Source: Podarcis liolepis
Taxonomy: Eukaryota
Length of the DNA stretch: 64,000 nt
Reading direction: 5' to 3' (one strand)
NCBI GenBank assembly: GCA_965112155.1
Contig: OZ218102.1
Below the pieces are notes generated by a model, which searched no databases, was not told the origin of the DNA, and saw only the letters and a program-made list of their open reading frames with translations. The translations under genes were made by a program, and so were the position numbers. Numbering within the stretch: position 1 is the first letter of the stretch; the number at the start of each line of letters is the position of its first letter. Shown in pieces: positions 39,535 through 52,251 of this stretch.

Positions 39535-40096
39535 GGAGCTTCAGTGTGTGACTCAGATAAAGATGAGCAAAGAGCCATAGGCAAGCTTGAAGAGCTGTCA
39601 TTTCTTGAGTGATTATGAAAATTCAAAAAGCCGTTTTTTCTATATTGCTAGTTACAACCAGGAAATGGGAAATTGCCATAATCCTCACAGTATGGTTTAA
39701 GGATTTGCCCAAACAATCCATCAAATCTGTATTATGCTCTTTGTTAAAAGAATCCAGGAAAAGGTGCTTCTGTTCAGACACCCAGGTGGGGCTAGAGCCA
39801 TAGTGCTCCTCAAGTCGGCGATCCTGGAGAGGTGGCGCCTGTCTGATGTATGTCATAGGCCTCTTATGTGCTGACAGACAGTTGCTTGCCTAAACACCAG
39901 TCAGCAAAACCCACTGCTTATGAGAGGAGATTTGATGTTTGGCAAGCACCATAGTACCCTCACTCTATATCCATTGGAAAGATTCATTCTTCCAGGCTTA
40001 TGCTATCTAAAACTTACAAAGTGCACAACAATAACCACCACTGTCTTACAGCAAATGCATCAGTCCTGAAAAGCATATGGGACATAGAGACAGGAC

Positions 40097-40454
40097 CAGG
40101 GGCAGAGGAAGGGGGGCGGTGGGGGCGGGCCGTCCTGGGTGTCACCACTGAGGGGAGTGACAAAATGCCGGGAAGCACTCGCCACAGGGCCTGCAGCGCG
40201 CCCGAGCCACGCATCCTTCCTGGGAGTGACAAGGTGGCTTGGGTGCCAGCAGGCTCCATGCTGCCCCAAACAGCCCACCCACCGCCTCCCCCTCAACTGT
40301 AGGGTGCCTGAGTGGGAGGAGGCAGTCAGACTCCTCGGAGGCCCTGTGGAGCATCCTGCCCCGGATGGCTCCGCCCCTGCAGGCAGCTGGCCCCTCCCCT
40401 GGGTGCAGGGCACGTGCGCCGCCCCAGGCGCCTGATCGGCTTGCTCTGCCATTG
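40097..40454. mobile_element. GC-rich hAT-type element with an internal extra right end
   Basis: Exact TSD gacaggac (40089-40096, 40455-40462); termini caggggcagag / ctctgccattg; internal gctccgcccctg ending at 40379. Confidence 0.75.
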
Positions 40455-43400
40455 GACAGGACAAGGAGGACCTGAAACATAATGTTACAGGGTGGAATGC
40501 TCCTTTTCGCTGTCTGTGTGTTCGAGTCATTCAGCCCACACCCTCTTTCACAATACAGGCACCTCTCCACTTACATGCATTTGACTCACACACGACTGTC
40601 TACACATGGTGCCATGAAATAATTAAATCAATATAAAGTGCAAAAAGTGCACACACAAAAATAGCCCAAAAGAGCAGGAAAACTGCAAAAATGGCACAAA
40701 AACCCAAATGGCTAGCAATCCCAGGAGCCTTTGCAACTGCAATCCCATGAGCCTTTGCATCATCCCCTTGTCGTTTCCACACTGTCCCCAAGCAATGAGG
40801 AAGACTGAGAGCCACCATTGCCACCATTCATGCCAATCTGGTAAGTGCTACTGGCTGGGTTTTTTCAAGGGTTTTTCAAGGGTTTCCAGAGGTTTAGAGG
40901 GTGTTTACAGGCTTTTTAGATGGTGTTCTTCACTACACTATTTCACATATCCACATGGTACCTGGGAATGTAACCCCCACATAAGTGAGGAGACGCCTGT
41001 ACAACATCTCTCCTCTCCAAAGTCTTCCATTTCCCCAACAGCAATCAGTTGGCATGCTCAGTTCTCTAAGTGGGCTGTTTTGAGAGTTGCCCCCCCCCAG
41101 CCCTTTACGGGTTTCCCCCCTAAATATTTTCTGCACTTCAGTGACCATTGAGTACTCTGAGCCTGCTAATATCTCCCTCAGGCAGCGTGTATGGTGCCCT
41201 CTGGGTACATCAGGACCATCTTCTGAACTTTGGAAATAGAGGGGATGACTCTATCTAAAACCACCCACCTTATCAAAGTTCCTAAAAATTTTCATCCATA
41301 AAAAACAAGCCTAAAAACAAAGCTGGTTTGCACCAATGGACTAATATCCTTCTTCTATGAAAAACTTTCTTTCAATTAGCAGATTATATTAAAGCCTGGA
41401 AGGCAAAATTATGAATTACACAGACTGCAAGAGCATATCCATTATAGGGACCCCCAGGCGTTAGAACAAGGCAACTAATAATAGCCAGATAGTCAAAAAG
41501 ATGGATTATTATTCAAAAATGATCTGATAATGGAAGAAAAGGCATAGTGAAGAAATTGAGCACCATTGTTAAATGGAAAAGGATATCTTATCTAACATAT
41601 TGGTATTATATGTATCTTTTAGATTTTTTTGTTACATGAACAGGTAGAGCAGAATGATATTTATTTTAACATGGATATCTCATCTACAGAGTATTCCCTA
41701 TTCACCTCATGGAGTGGGTCAGCTGTGCTGCAGAAAAGAAAGGGGTTCACAGAGCTTGCCCTCACCCCCTGCTGAAGCAAACAACAGGACATCTAGAAAA
41801 TGTTCAGACTTCACCTTGGGTAGTTATCTAGTGTGAAGGCTATGCTTTCCCTTCTCTCAGAAAGACCCCACCCTAGCCTTCTGCCTGGCTCAAACTGGGC
41901 TTTGGGAAGGAAGATTCAGGCTCTGGCAGGGTCCTAGAGCCCTCCTCCCCCAAACCTGGTAAGTGTTTTCCCGGTTTGGGGAAGGAGACAAGAGGACTCT
42001 AGGAACCTGTCAGAGCTCTCATGCCTCCTTTGGGCAAGCCAAGCACTTACTGGGCTTTGAGAAAGTGCCCTCCTCAGCTGCATGCCCAGTGTGGCTGCAT
42101 CACTCTCACTGCCCTAAATCTGCTTCTGCCACAGCTGATGAGAATGCCCAGCATTTTATCAGCAGTTCACATTCCAGGGATTCAGAGGCAAAAGGAGATA
42201 TCATAGTATCACAGGACCCAGCCAGTTAGCGCTATCCATGAAACAGCATTACGGAAGAGGAACAGGTAGCTTGAACTGAACAGCAGTGTGGCTGCTTCCA
42301 GAGCAGCTCCATCTCTCCAGAGAGGTGATTCTGCTTTCACTGTTTGTTGAGAGAAATAAGAATGAGATGTAGCTGCATCTCAAGATCTTTCCCATGTTGT
42401 GTACAAAGCAGGTTTTTATTTGTTTCTAACTGTTTGGCTCTTCTATGGTCTTGGGACGCATGAGTACTTCTAACAAGGACACTTGAGTTTCTTCTGCTGC
42501 TCTCTTCCCTTTTATAAATATATTCCCATTTTGCAACTCACAAAGTGGTTTCAGAAGAACACAGCAGGGGAGGATTCTGAGATATAAATGCATTTTCTGC
42601 GTTCCATTCAACCTTCTCTGCTAGGAGAACGTGAGCTTCGACAGCCTCAATAGCTAAAGGTCAGCCAGCAGTGTCCTCTTTCTGCTTGAATCATCAAGAG
42701 CAGTACACAGTGAACACTGTGTCCTTTTTGTTCACACTCAAGTTGAGAGTATTGTTTCCCAGAAAACTGATGGCACACTTGAACTTTATGTCTTCTCCCT
42801 ATGTGAGACATTTTTAAATGTTAATTGCCCTTTGTGGCACATGGTTACACTAATTAGCACAGGAAAAGATGTGTAGATACAGAAGTCAGTACAAAACTGA
42901 CCCCTTTGGATTCCCATAACCATCATGTTAACCCAGTTTTCCTGAGGACCACAAATGGCCCGATTTATTTATGAATGGAGCATTATGGGAGCTGCTAAAG
43001 TGTATCAGAAGATCCCTACCGCAGCCTTTCTCAACCTGTGGGTCCCCAGATGTTGTTGAACTACAACTCCCATCACCCCTAGCTAGCAAGGCCAGAGCTC
43101 AGGGATGATGGGAGTTGTAGTCCAACAACATCTGGGGACCCACCCACAGGTTGAGAACCGCTGCCCTACCAGATCAGACCAAAGGCCACCTTGAGATTGC
43201 TTACACTAAATATTTCAAATAAATAACTAGTAGGCAAGAGGAAGTCAGAATCAAAGAGTATTGCTCTGGGGCAATTCAGATTTTGCCCAAGGTGGTGCAA
43301 GATTTCTCCAAAGTCACCCAAAGTGAATTAGGTGACCACCAAAGCCTACTTCCCAAGGTAGTCAGTAAATGCCAACAGTCTCCAAATATCTGTTAAAATT

Positions 43401-43499
43401 GGTTGCATTTTACTACCAAGCTTTCCATACAAGGTAAATGGCAGGTGGGGAGAGGGACAAAACTGGCCACCTCATTGCTCACCCCAACTCTAGGTCATT

Positions 43500-44060
43500 A
43501 ATGAACAATTTAAAAAGCATTAATCCCAGGAAAGATCCTTGAAGGAGCTAGCTCACTGTGACATCCGTCCATTTATTTTCAACCATTTGTCAGCCATAAG
43601 GGGACCCTTTCTTTTATCCCATAGCTATCACATTTACTCAATAGCTTTTGGGGGGAAACCATGTTAAAAGCTTTCTGAAAATTCATGTTCTGAAAAACAT
43701 CTGGATCATTGTTATCTGTACACTTGCTGACAATCTCAACCTTTAGCGAGGCAAGGGGAACCTTTGCAGAAGCCATGCTGATTTCTTATCAGCGGGACTT
43801 GTTCTTCTATATGATTGATAATTTTATCTCTAATAATATTTTCCACCAATTTACCTAGAACAGATATTAAGCTAAATGGCCTGAAATTTCCTGGCTCTCC
43901 CCTTCCTCCCTTTTTAAATCAGTACATTGGCCACTTTCAAGTCCTCAGGTACAAAGGCCAACATGAGGGATATGTTCCATATTTTTGTTAGATGATTGGA
44001 AATTTCGCATTTGAGTTCCATAAGATGTTTTTGGTGGACTCCACCTAGACCCAGTGAGTT
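43500..44060 (-). mobile_element. Old CR1-clade LINE fragment
   Basis: Degenerate RT peptide NFQKAFNMVSPQKLLSK...GIKERVPLWLTN. Confidence 0.6.
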
Positions 44061-44594
44061 GTTAATTTCTAATTGTCAATGAAACTTTAACTTTCTTCTC
44101 TTGTCTTGTATCCTTTGAATAAGGAGCTGGTTCTTTGGAATCTCTTTTGTGGAATCTCTTCTATATGTTTGACAAACCCTTATGTTAAGGTTACCTCCCC
44201 TGTGGAATGTCAGGACAGGGTCCTTCACTCCATGTTCCTGCAGTGTGTTGCAGGAAAATAGTTCCAAAGGATGAAAAGCATGATGTGTTAACTGTAAAGG
44301 GACTGAGTTTCATGTAAGTCCTTCAATTTTTTGAATGGCGTTCACCCTCCCTCAATGCGTAAATCTTTATATCTTTTTATTGAGGTTTTGGTTCTTTAGA
44401 ATCACCCTCTTTATTCCTGCAGATTTTCCTCCACGTTTTGCTAAACAAATCTTTAGATGTTTCCCACTCCTGTTTTCAAAGGAAATGTCATCACTTTGTC
44501 CTTCATAATATCTGAAGTATTTACCAAGCAAATGGAGTGCATTAATAAAACAAGGACTCCTTCAAACCCACCCTTACCAAACTTCCATCTACGT

Positions 44595-44702
44595 CCACAA
44601 GTGTATATCAAATTTCTACTTGAGTATGAAGCCAGCTGTGCAGCTACACTGTATAAATTACATGGTCTGAAACCTTCTTTCCTATCCAGGTGAAACACAA
44701 GG
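44595..44702 (+). promoter_or_regulatory. SFTPA proximal promoter and short non-coding exon 1
   Basis: NKX2-1-type CAAG cores (CAAGTG at 44598; CTCAAGTA on the minus strand at 44617-44624), TATAAA at 44652, donor gg|gtaagt at 44702. Confidence 0.55.
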
Positions 44703-44754
44703 GTAAGTTGACTTCAGTTAACATTTAGCGGTCAAGATTACCGGCTGATATACC

Positions 44755-44786
<32 letters not shown>

Positions 44787-45055
44787 TTGGAAATATTTCA
44801 TCGCAACATCTTGTATCGTCATTATTTTCTTTTGTAATATTGACCTTCGTCTGTCTTTGTTCGAGATGAGCAGTATTGGGGGGGGGGGGAGACACCTCAA
44901 ATGACCGAAACAAAAATTATTTAACATTTGAAGTTTCACAGTTTAGAACTAACGGCTTTCACTATTTTTTAATGAATAATATGACTGAGCTCATTCTGAG
45001 AGAAATGCTGTGCTATTTTAAATGTATGCTCTCTTTCTTTTACAGCTGGTCAGAA

Positions 45056-45236
45056 ATGAAAGTCTTGTCCCAGTTCCTTCATGCGGCAGTAGTAGTCGCC
45101 GTTTTTACTCTTCCGTGTCTTGGACAGGCAGGAGAAAAATGTGCAGGAGTTCCAGGCATCCCGGGGACTCCGGGGTCAAGTGGGGTGCCTGGGAGAGATG
45201 GGCGTGATGGGATGAAAGGTGACCCAGGACCACCAG
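45056..45236 (+). CDS. SFTPA: Surfactant protein A (gene 5), coding exon 1
   Basis: Acceptor tacag at 45045. [60 protein letters not shown]; donor g|gtatca. Confidence 0.9.
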
Positions 45237-45489
45237 GTATCAACTTGTTGTTATTATAATACAAAGCCTAGTATTAAAAATTGCTGGTAATAAACTAGTA
45301 TTGCATCTTACAGACACCTGATTGTAGACCTATTCATATCAGTGTTCAAATAACAGAGTGTCAAAAAAGGCCCAGCTCCTTTACCTTTTGTGATATCCCC
45401 CTTAATTACAGTTTTCAGAGAGCTATGGGGAGGGAACATGATTTGGGTAAAACTGGGGTGGGGATCAGGGACCATTAAGGATCCCACAA

Positions 45490-46585
45490 ACAAGGTGCCC
45501 CATGATATTCTTGTAAAGAAGCTGGTAAAATGCGGTCTTGACTATGCTACCACTCAGTGGATTTGTAACTGGCTGACTGACCGAACCCAAAGGGTGCACA
45601 TCAATGGTTCCTCTTCATCCTGGAGAAGAGTGACTATTCTGTCTGTCTTATTCAACATCTTTATCAACGACTTGGATGATGGACTCAAGGGCATCCTGAT
45701 CAAATTTGCAGATGACACCAAACTGGGAGGGGTGGCTAACACCCCAGAGGACAGGATCACACTTCAAAACGACCTTGACAGATTAGAGAACTGGGCCAAA
45801 ACAAACAAGATGAACTTTAACAGGGAGAAATGTAAAATATTGCACTTGGGCAAAAAAAATGAGAGGCACAAATACAAGATGGGTGACACCTGGCTTGAGA
45901 GCAGTACATGTGAAAAGGATCTAGGAGTCTTGGTTGACCACAAACTTGACATGAGCCAACAGTGTGACGCGGCAGCTAAAAAAGCCAATGCAATTCTGGG
46001 CTGCATCAATAGGAGTATAGCATCTAGATCAAGGGAAGTAATAGTGCCACTGTATTCTGCTCTGGTCAGACCTCACCTGGAGTACTGTGTCCAGTTCTGG
46101 GCACCACAGTTCAAGAAGGACACTGACAAACTGGAACGTGTCCAGAGGAGGGCAACCAAAATGGTCAAAGGCCTGGAAACGATGCCTTATGAGGAATGGC
46201 TAAGGGAGCTGGGCATGTTTAGCCTGGAGAAGAGGAGGTTAAGGGGTGATATGATAGCCATGTTCAAATATATAAAAGGATGTCATATAGAGGAGGGAGA
46301 AAGGTTGTTTTCTGCTGCTCCAGAGAAGCGGACACGGAGCAATGGATCCAAACTACAAGAAAGAAGATTCCACCTAAACATTAGGAAGACCTTCCTGACA
46401 GTAAGAGCTGTTCGACAGTGGAATTTGCTGCCAAGGAGTGTGGTGGAGTCTCCTACTTTGGAGGTCTTTAAGCAGAGGCTTGACAACCATCTGTCAGGAG
46501 TGCTCTGATGGTGTTTCCTGCTTGGCAGGGGGTTGGACTTGATGGCCCTTGTGGTCTATTCCAACTCTATGATTCTATGATTCTA
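45490..46585 (+). mobile_element. Young 5'-truncated CR1 LINE in SFTPA intron
   Basis: Open ORF2 (KFADDTKLGG...RPHLEYCVQFWAP) ending at 46508, with an (attctatg)n tail. Confidence 0.93.
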
Positions 46586-47597
46586 AACACACACACACAC
46601 ACACACATTCATCAATTTGATCATGAGAGCTCCTTTCCACATAAAGTGGGCCTAAAAAGATTGATGAGGGCATTCTCAGGATACTGCCAAAGAGAACAGC
46701 TGGCTGTGAATTACAAGAAAACTAAAGTCATGGTGTTTTCAAGAAACTATGGTCCCACTGGTCTCTAGTAATGTTCAGATTAGGTCTGCATAACTTGTGA
46801 CCCACCAAAAAGAATTGAAAACTGACTCACCAGAGGTTTGCAGGACACAACTACAACATCTCTGACCGATGGCTGTCCAGCACCCTCTGCTCAAATGCAT
46901 TCAGTGAAGAAGACCCACTACATCCCAAGGCAGATTGTTGCACTGCCGTTTGGAAGTGCCTCCTAGTATTTCATTTCTCCTAATGCTTTAGGACAGAGAA
47001 TAAGCCTACCCCATCTTCTGTGTGGTATCCCTTCCGATATTTGAAGACTGTCTTCATGTCTCTCCTTATGCTTGGTCACAAATAAAATTGGATTGGGTAA
47101 TTCAATTTATCAAGCAAATAAAAAATGTTAACTATGTGAATTATCAGGCAATGCATTCAAGAAAGGAGATTTCTTAGTTTGGTTCTACTTTTGTACTGGA
47201 AGGGTGATTTCCTGAATCTTTCCAAAAAAATACTTTGGGAAAGAAAGAATAACTAAATTGTTCCTTTTTTATGTGATCAAAATATTCAGTGAGCAGCTAA
47301 GAGATATTCAGTGATTTGTGTGCACGCACTAAAAAGGTTAGCTGATGTGTCATCATATTTCATTGACCATGAAATAAGGTTTTTATATCTTCAGGGACAA
47401 GAGATACTATAGTAAGATTTTGGTTTCTGAGTCATCATTCCAAGGAGATTGGACTATGGTATTGAGTTACGCAGACTGTAATGCAATCTGCTTCCTTGAA
47501 GGGCACCTGCAGCCTTGAAATTATTCTTTAGTCTCCACTTCTACAGTGTACCATTGAGGAGTGCCTTGTATATCTTTGTTCTTGTGTTTCCTTCTAG

Positions 47598-47708
47598 GTC
47601 CAATGGGCCCTCCTAATGGTCTGCCAGGTGCTACTGGAAGAGATGGACTTCCTGGTCCACCAGGGCCAAGAGGTGAACAAGGAGAAAAGGGAGAGAGAGG
47701 CCCAGAAG
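47598..47708 (+). CDS. SFTPA: SFTPA collagen exon (111 nt)
   Basis: ttctag| GPMGPPNGLPGATGRDGLPGPPGPRGEQGEKGERGPE |gtaaaa; SP-A-type GPMGPP and kink. Confidence 0.9.
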
Positions 47709-48568
47709 GTAAAAAGGAATTGCATAACCTATAATATAATATAATAGCCAGGAAAACTGTTGTGACAAGCTTCCCTGTACACTTAGGCGATACTATTATT
47801 AATTACTTTTGGGGATGAGGAATAAATTTGATCCATTTCACATTACAACATGTGAACTGAAACACAGTCATCTTTTGACATTCACTCTTCCCCGAATTTT
47901 GTAATATAAGTCTAGCCAAGTAATGTACTGTGTACAAAATGCATATACTAGGGTAAAGTGTATATAAAGATGTATATATTCATGAATATGCTTGCAAATA
48001 TACATTATATTAGACATTGCTTCACAAAGATGTGTATATTAGGCAATCCATATACAGACAAAAATACGTATCTTAGGGTAAATTTGCACCAAAATCCTGG
48101 TGAATTTTCGTGGGGATTTTTTTTAAAAAGATAAATAAATTACAAACCGATGTAAAAAATGTGCAGAACTGAAATTGAGTTTGGAAAAATCAGAAACTGA
48201 AAGGAACCAAAATTGAAACCATCCCTAATTGCCTCAAAGCTAATGTTGAATCGACTCAGATAAATGAATACCCCAAGCATAATAAAACACAATTCATGCT
48301 ATTATAAAGGTAAGGGACTAAGCCTCTTCATCCCTGTTTGGCCTTCTACAAAGACTGGTCTGTGCCTAGGACAGCTACAAGATCAAGTAAACACAGTGCA
48401 GACAAGGGCTTTCAATCTGTTGGTGAAATATCTGGCTCACCGCACAGACACAGATTAATTTGTCAATTACACTTTGGTACAATGTCTCTTGAGGTTAAGC
48501 ATATGCCTTATGCATCATGCTTCAGAGACTGATTTTCAAAATGATACCAAACTGTTTGATTGATCATA

Positions 48569-48792
48569 CAGTGGTACCTCAGGTTACATACGCTTCAGGT
48601 TACAGACTCTGCTAACCCAGAAATAGTACCTTGGGTTAAGAACTTTGCTTCAGGATGAGAACAGAAATCGTGTGCCAGTGATTTGGCAGCAGTGGCAGCA
48701 GGAGGCCCCATTAGCTAAAGTGGTGCTTCAGGTTAAGAACAGTTTCAGGTTAAGAACTGACCTCCAGAACGAATTAACCTGAGGTACCACTG
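48569..48792. mobile_element. Tc1/mariner-type MITE (same family as 15255)
   Basis: TA TSD; cagtggtacctc TIRs. Confidence 0.85.
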
Positions 48793-49344
48793 TATAAGAT
48801 TTACCCCAACGTCCTTTTGAAAGGTTCATGCTTTGCTTTGAATTGCTTTTGATTGAGTTAGCTCCACCCTCATGTATATATTATCAATAGGCAGCTAATG
48901 TAGGACTTAAAAGAAAGGGGAAAAAATGAGGATGCACCACAATTAGATTAGGCTTGTTCAGAATCAATGACTTTGAAAGTGGATTAGAATTCATGCAGGA
49001 TACCTGCTACAGATATTACACTCCCATTTGTGTTCAATTCATTGACTCACCTATCATTGGACAAAATAAAATGCATTAACCGTTTTATAGGTTTTTATTC
49101 TCTAGCTTAAAACTAAATGGTGAAAGGGAGATTTCTGTCTTTGATATGCTAGGAATAAATCTTACTCCAGAAGGGATTTTTTGGTGGTCGTTGATAAATT
49201 CAAGATCAACAAATGGGCTGAATTATTCCTCGCTGAAAATGAAACACGTGTCCTTCAAAAATGATTTACAGCAAGAACACTGGATTTGCTGTAGTCAATG
49301 AAGCACAGTTCAACTCAGTTTTTTCTTCTTATTTTAATTGACAG

Positions 49345-49422
49345 GCCGTCCTGCTTCTCTTGATCCAGAAGTACAGGAAGTCCTCAGAAGTCTGAATCAA
49401 AAAATATTGAGGCTCGAAGGAG
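49345..49422 (+). CDS. SFTPA: SFTPA neck exon (78 nt)
   Basis: gacag| GRPASLDPEVQEVLRSLNQKILRLEG |gtaatc. Confidence 0.9.
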
Positions 49423-51173
49423 GTAATCTCTTTGTTTTTACCCTTCCTAATACTGCTGAAAACCAATGTTAAGAATAACACGGGAGAGCCTGACTTATTT
49501 TCTTTTGTGTAACTTCAAGCGACAGCTTCAAGAGAGTTAAAAGTGGTTTGAGAGAAGCTCACTTCCCTATTGCATTCACACATTTATTTTTTCTCTCTGC
49601 TGCCTCTAAAAGAACAAACAACCCCTACCCTGTTTACCAAATGTGAACATAAGGTGAGCGTCCACACCAGAAGGAGCAATCCCTCTTTCAAACTATCTTG
49701 GCAAGGGGTAGGGAGAGAGAAATTCTATTGCCTATCACCAATCAAAATTTAACATAACACCAGTCTTGAGAAACCTACATTGGCTCCCAGTATGTTTCTG
49801 AGCACAATTCAAAGTGTTGGTGCTGAGCTTTAAAGCCCTAAATGGCTTCGGCCCAGTATACCTGAAGGAGCATCTCCACTCCATTCATTCAGCCTGGTCA
49901 CCGAGAACAAGCGCTGAGGGCCTTCTGGTGGTTCCCTCCCTGCGAGAAGCAAAGTTACAGGGAACTAGGCAGAGGGCTTTCTCGGTAGTGGCGCCCGCCC
50001 TGTGGAACGCCTTCCCATCAGATGTCAAAGAAATAAACAACTATCTGACGTTTAGAAGACATCTGAAGGCAGCCATGTTTAGGGAAGTTTTTAATGACTG
50101 ATGTTTTAATGTACTTTTAATCTTTTGTTGGAAGTCGCCCAGAGTGGCTGGGGAAACCCAGCCAGATGGGGAAACCCAGCCAAATTGTTGTTGTTGTTAA
50201 AGCTGAAGATTGTTATACCCCCCCCCTCAAAAAAACTCCTGCAATAATATGAGAGCTGGTTTTAGGAAGTGGCCTGAGCCACACTTTTCGGATTAACATG
50301 CAGATTAAAACCTAGCTGCCCATCTGCTTTTGCCCTTCCATAATATGTCAACACAGTATTTGGCTCAAAAATAATCATACAAAAATCAGTTTGTTTGTTT
50401 GTTTTTAACGTCCATTTTGAGTTAAAATACATCTAGGCTGCAAACTTAAGTCACTGGAGAGGGGTGGAGCACTGAAGGGGGTTGATCTGCAACATTCAAT
50501 GCCAATTGGGCTCTCACTGAGCCAGGAGTGATCTTGTACTTCTTCTCCCTTCTCCAAGTCCCTCCCCCTGCCCCCCACCCACCCCATCGCGACACCATTG
50601 CCTGGGTTGGTGTAGCTTTCTTTCTGGTTTGGGGGCGAGTCAGGCGACTGAGAAAGCATTTGGTTCCTCAGATCCAAGTCTTCTTTTGGGCCCCTTCTGG
50701 CTCTGTTGATATTGGTGCTCTGATGTTCATAGAGTAAGGGCCATGGGAGTTTCTGCAGTAGCAGAAATGAGGAATCGGACATCGAACCTCGCTCTTTGAG
50801 GTTGGAGCTCTGTCCATCTTTACAAAGGGAGATCTGGTGCTTTCTACGGGGCTTCAGGACATCCTCCCTCAATTTGCATTTAGAGAAAGAAAGCATTTTT
50901 AAATATAGATTTTAAAATGTATTTAAATGCACATTTTGTGCATTTATATGTTTTTTAGAAAAAATGGAAATGCACAGTAATGTGGATGATGTGAGATTGA
51001 GACAACACACAAAAAAGTAATATGGCCTGGAGAAAGATTGATTCACCCATTCCTAGTTTATACCTGCATGTTCTTCACTTAATGCTATAAAATGTAGCAG
51101 TGGCTTGCATGCATCAATTTTTGTTGCAATATAGTACAAAATGGATCACCATGATTTTTCTTCTCTGTTGCAG

Positions 51174-51550
51174 TGCTTCTTCTCAAAGGAATGATAAACA
51201 AAGCAGGAGATAAAATATTTGCCACCAATGCAAAGGTAGTTGATTTCGAAACCATACTTCAAACATGCCAGAATTCTGGGGGTTCTGTTGCCAAACCCAT
51301 GAATGAAAAGGAGAATGATGCTATTTTGGAAATTGTGAAAGAGAAAAACCAATATGCCTACCTGGGAATTAAGGAGAGCCCTATTCCGAGAGAATTTGAA
51401 TATTTAGATGGAATGGCTGTCAATTATACAAACTGGCGTCGATATGAACCAAATGGCAAGGGAGCTGAAAACTGTGTTGAGATGCAAACGGATGGATCCT
51501 GGAATGACAAAAAATGCAACCAGTATCGTCTCACTGTCTGTGAATTCTAG
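51174..51550 (+). CDS. SFTPA: SFTPA CRD exon
   Basis: ttgcag| VLLLKGMINKAGDKIFATN...YAYLGIKES...VNYTNW...EPNGKGAENCVEMQTDGSWNDKKCNQYRLTVCEF*. Spliced CDS is 747 nt (248 aa). Confidence 0.92.
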
Positions 51551-52041
51551 TCAGATTCCTCCACCTACATTACAATCCTAAACCAACAAAACAGCCTTGG
51601 CTTCTGGGAATTGTGGTTCTGCAGATAAAAATCAGATTTTTTTTTTTTTTTACCCACATCTGCCACATAAAATCAAGAAAATTAGGATTTCCATGCTTAG
51701 GAACATTTACAAAGATTTTCTCTTTTTTAAAGATTTATCTGTTAAATCTAAAGCAAAGTGGAATCACTGATGTTCAAATGCATATTCAAATATACTGAAA
51801 ATGCGTGTGAAGTTATGTGTTGTCTTTCGTGATTTTTGCATGGATTTTTGGCTTTCAAGGCACAGGTGTAGCTGGCAATACTCCACCATCAGTCACAAAG
51901 AAATAGATCTCAGCATAATTTCCTAGTATTTCATAAAACATCTAATTGGTATTTAGTAAATATAAGACGTGGTATATTTATCCCAACTAGACAAATGAAT
52001 AATGGAACATGAACCACAATTCTCCTTTAAACAATTCTCAC

Positions 52042-52251
52042 AATTGTTAATACAAATCATCTGCCCCCAGGGCGCACAAAGATGGCTCTTGTGTTTTGAG
52101 CCACCTCATAGCAGAGTCCTGTCTTAGTCTCACAGTGGGATCCTGTCTTTGGACACAAGTGCCACTGAACTCAGTGAAACTTACCCCTGAGTAAACATGC
52201 AAAGATTGTGCTTTGACTCTTTGATCCTTTGGGGCAGTTGCTGTTTTGCTT
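52042..52251 (+). repeat. 210-bp segment duplicated at 54407-54616
   Basis: Identical by eye over the full length. Confidence 0.9.

Noticed and set aside
45390-46508. 372-aa ORF as a host gene
   Set aside because: It is a CR1 ORF2 fragment fused by chance to upstream intron sequence.
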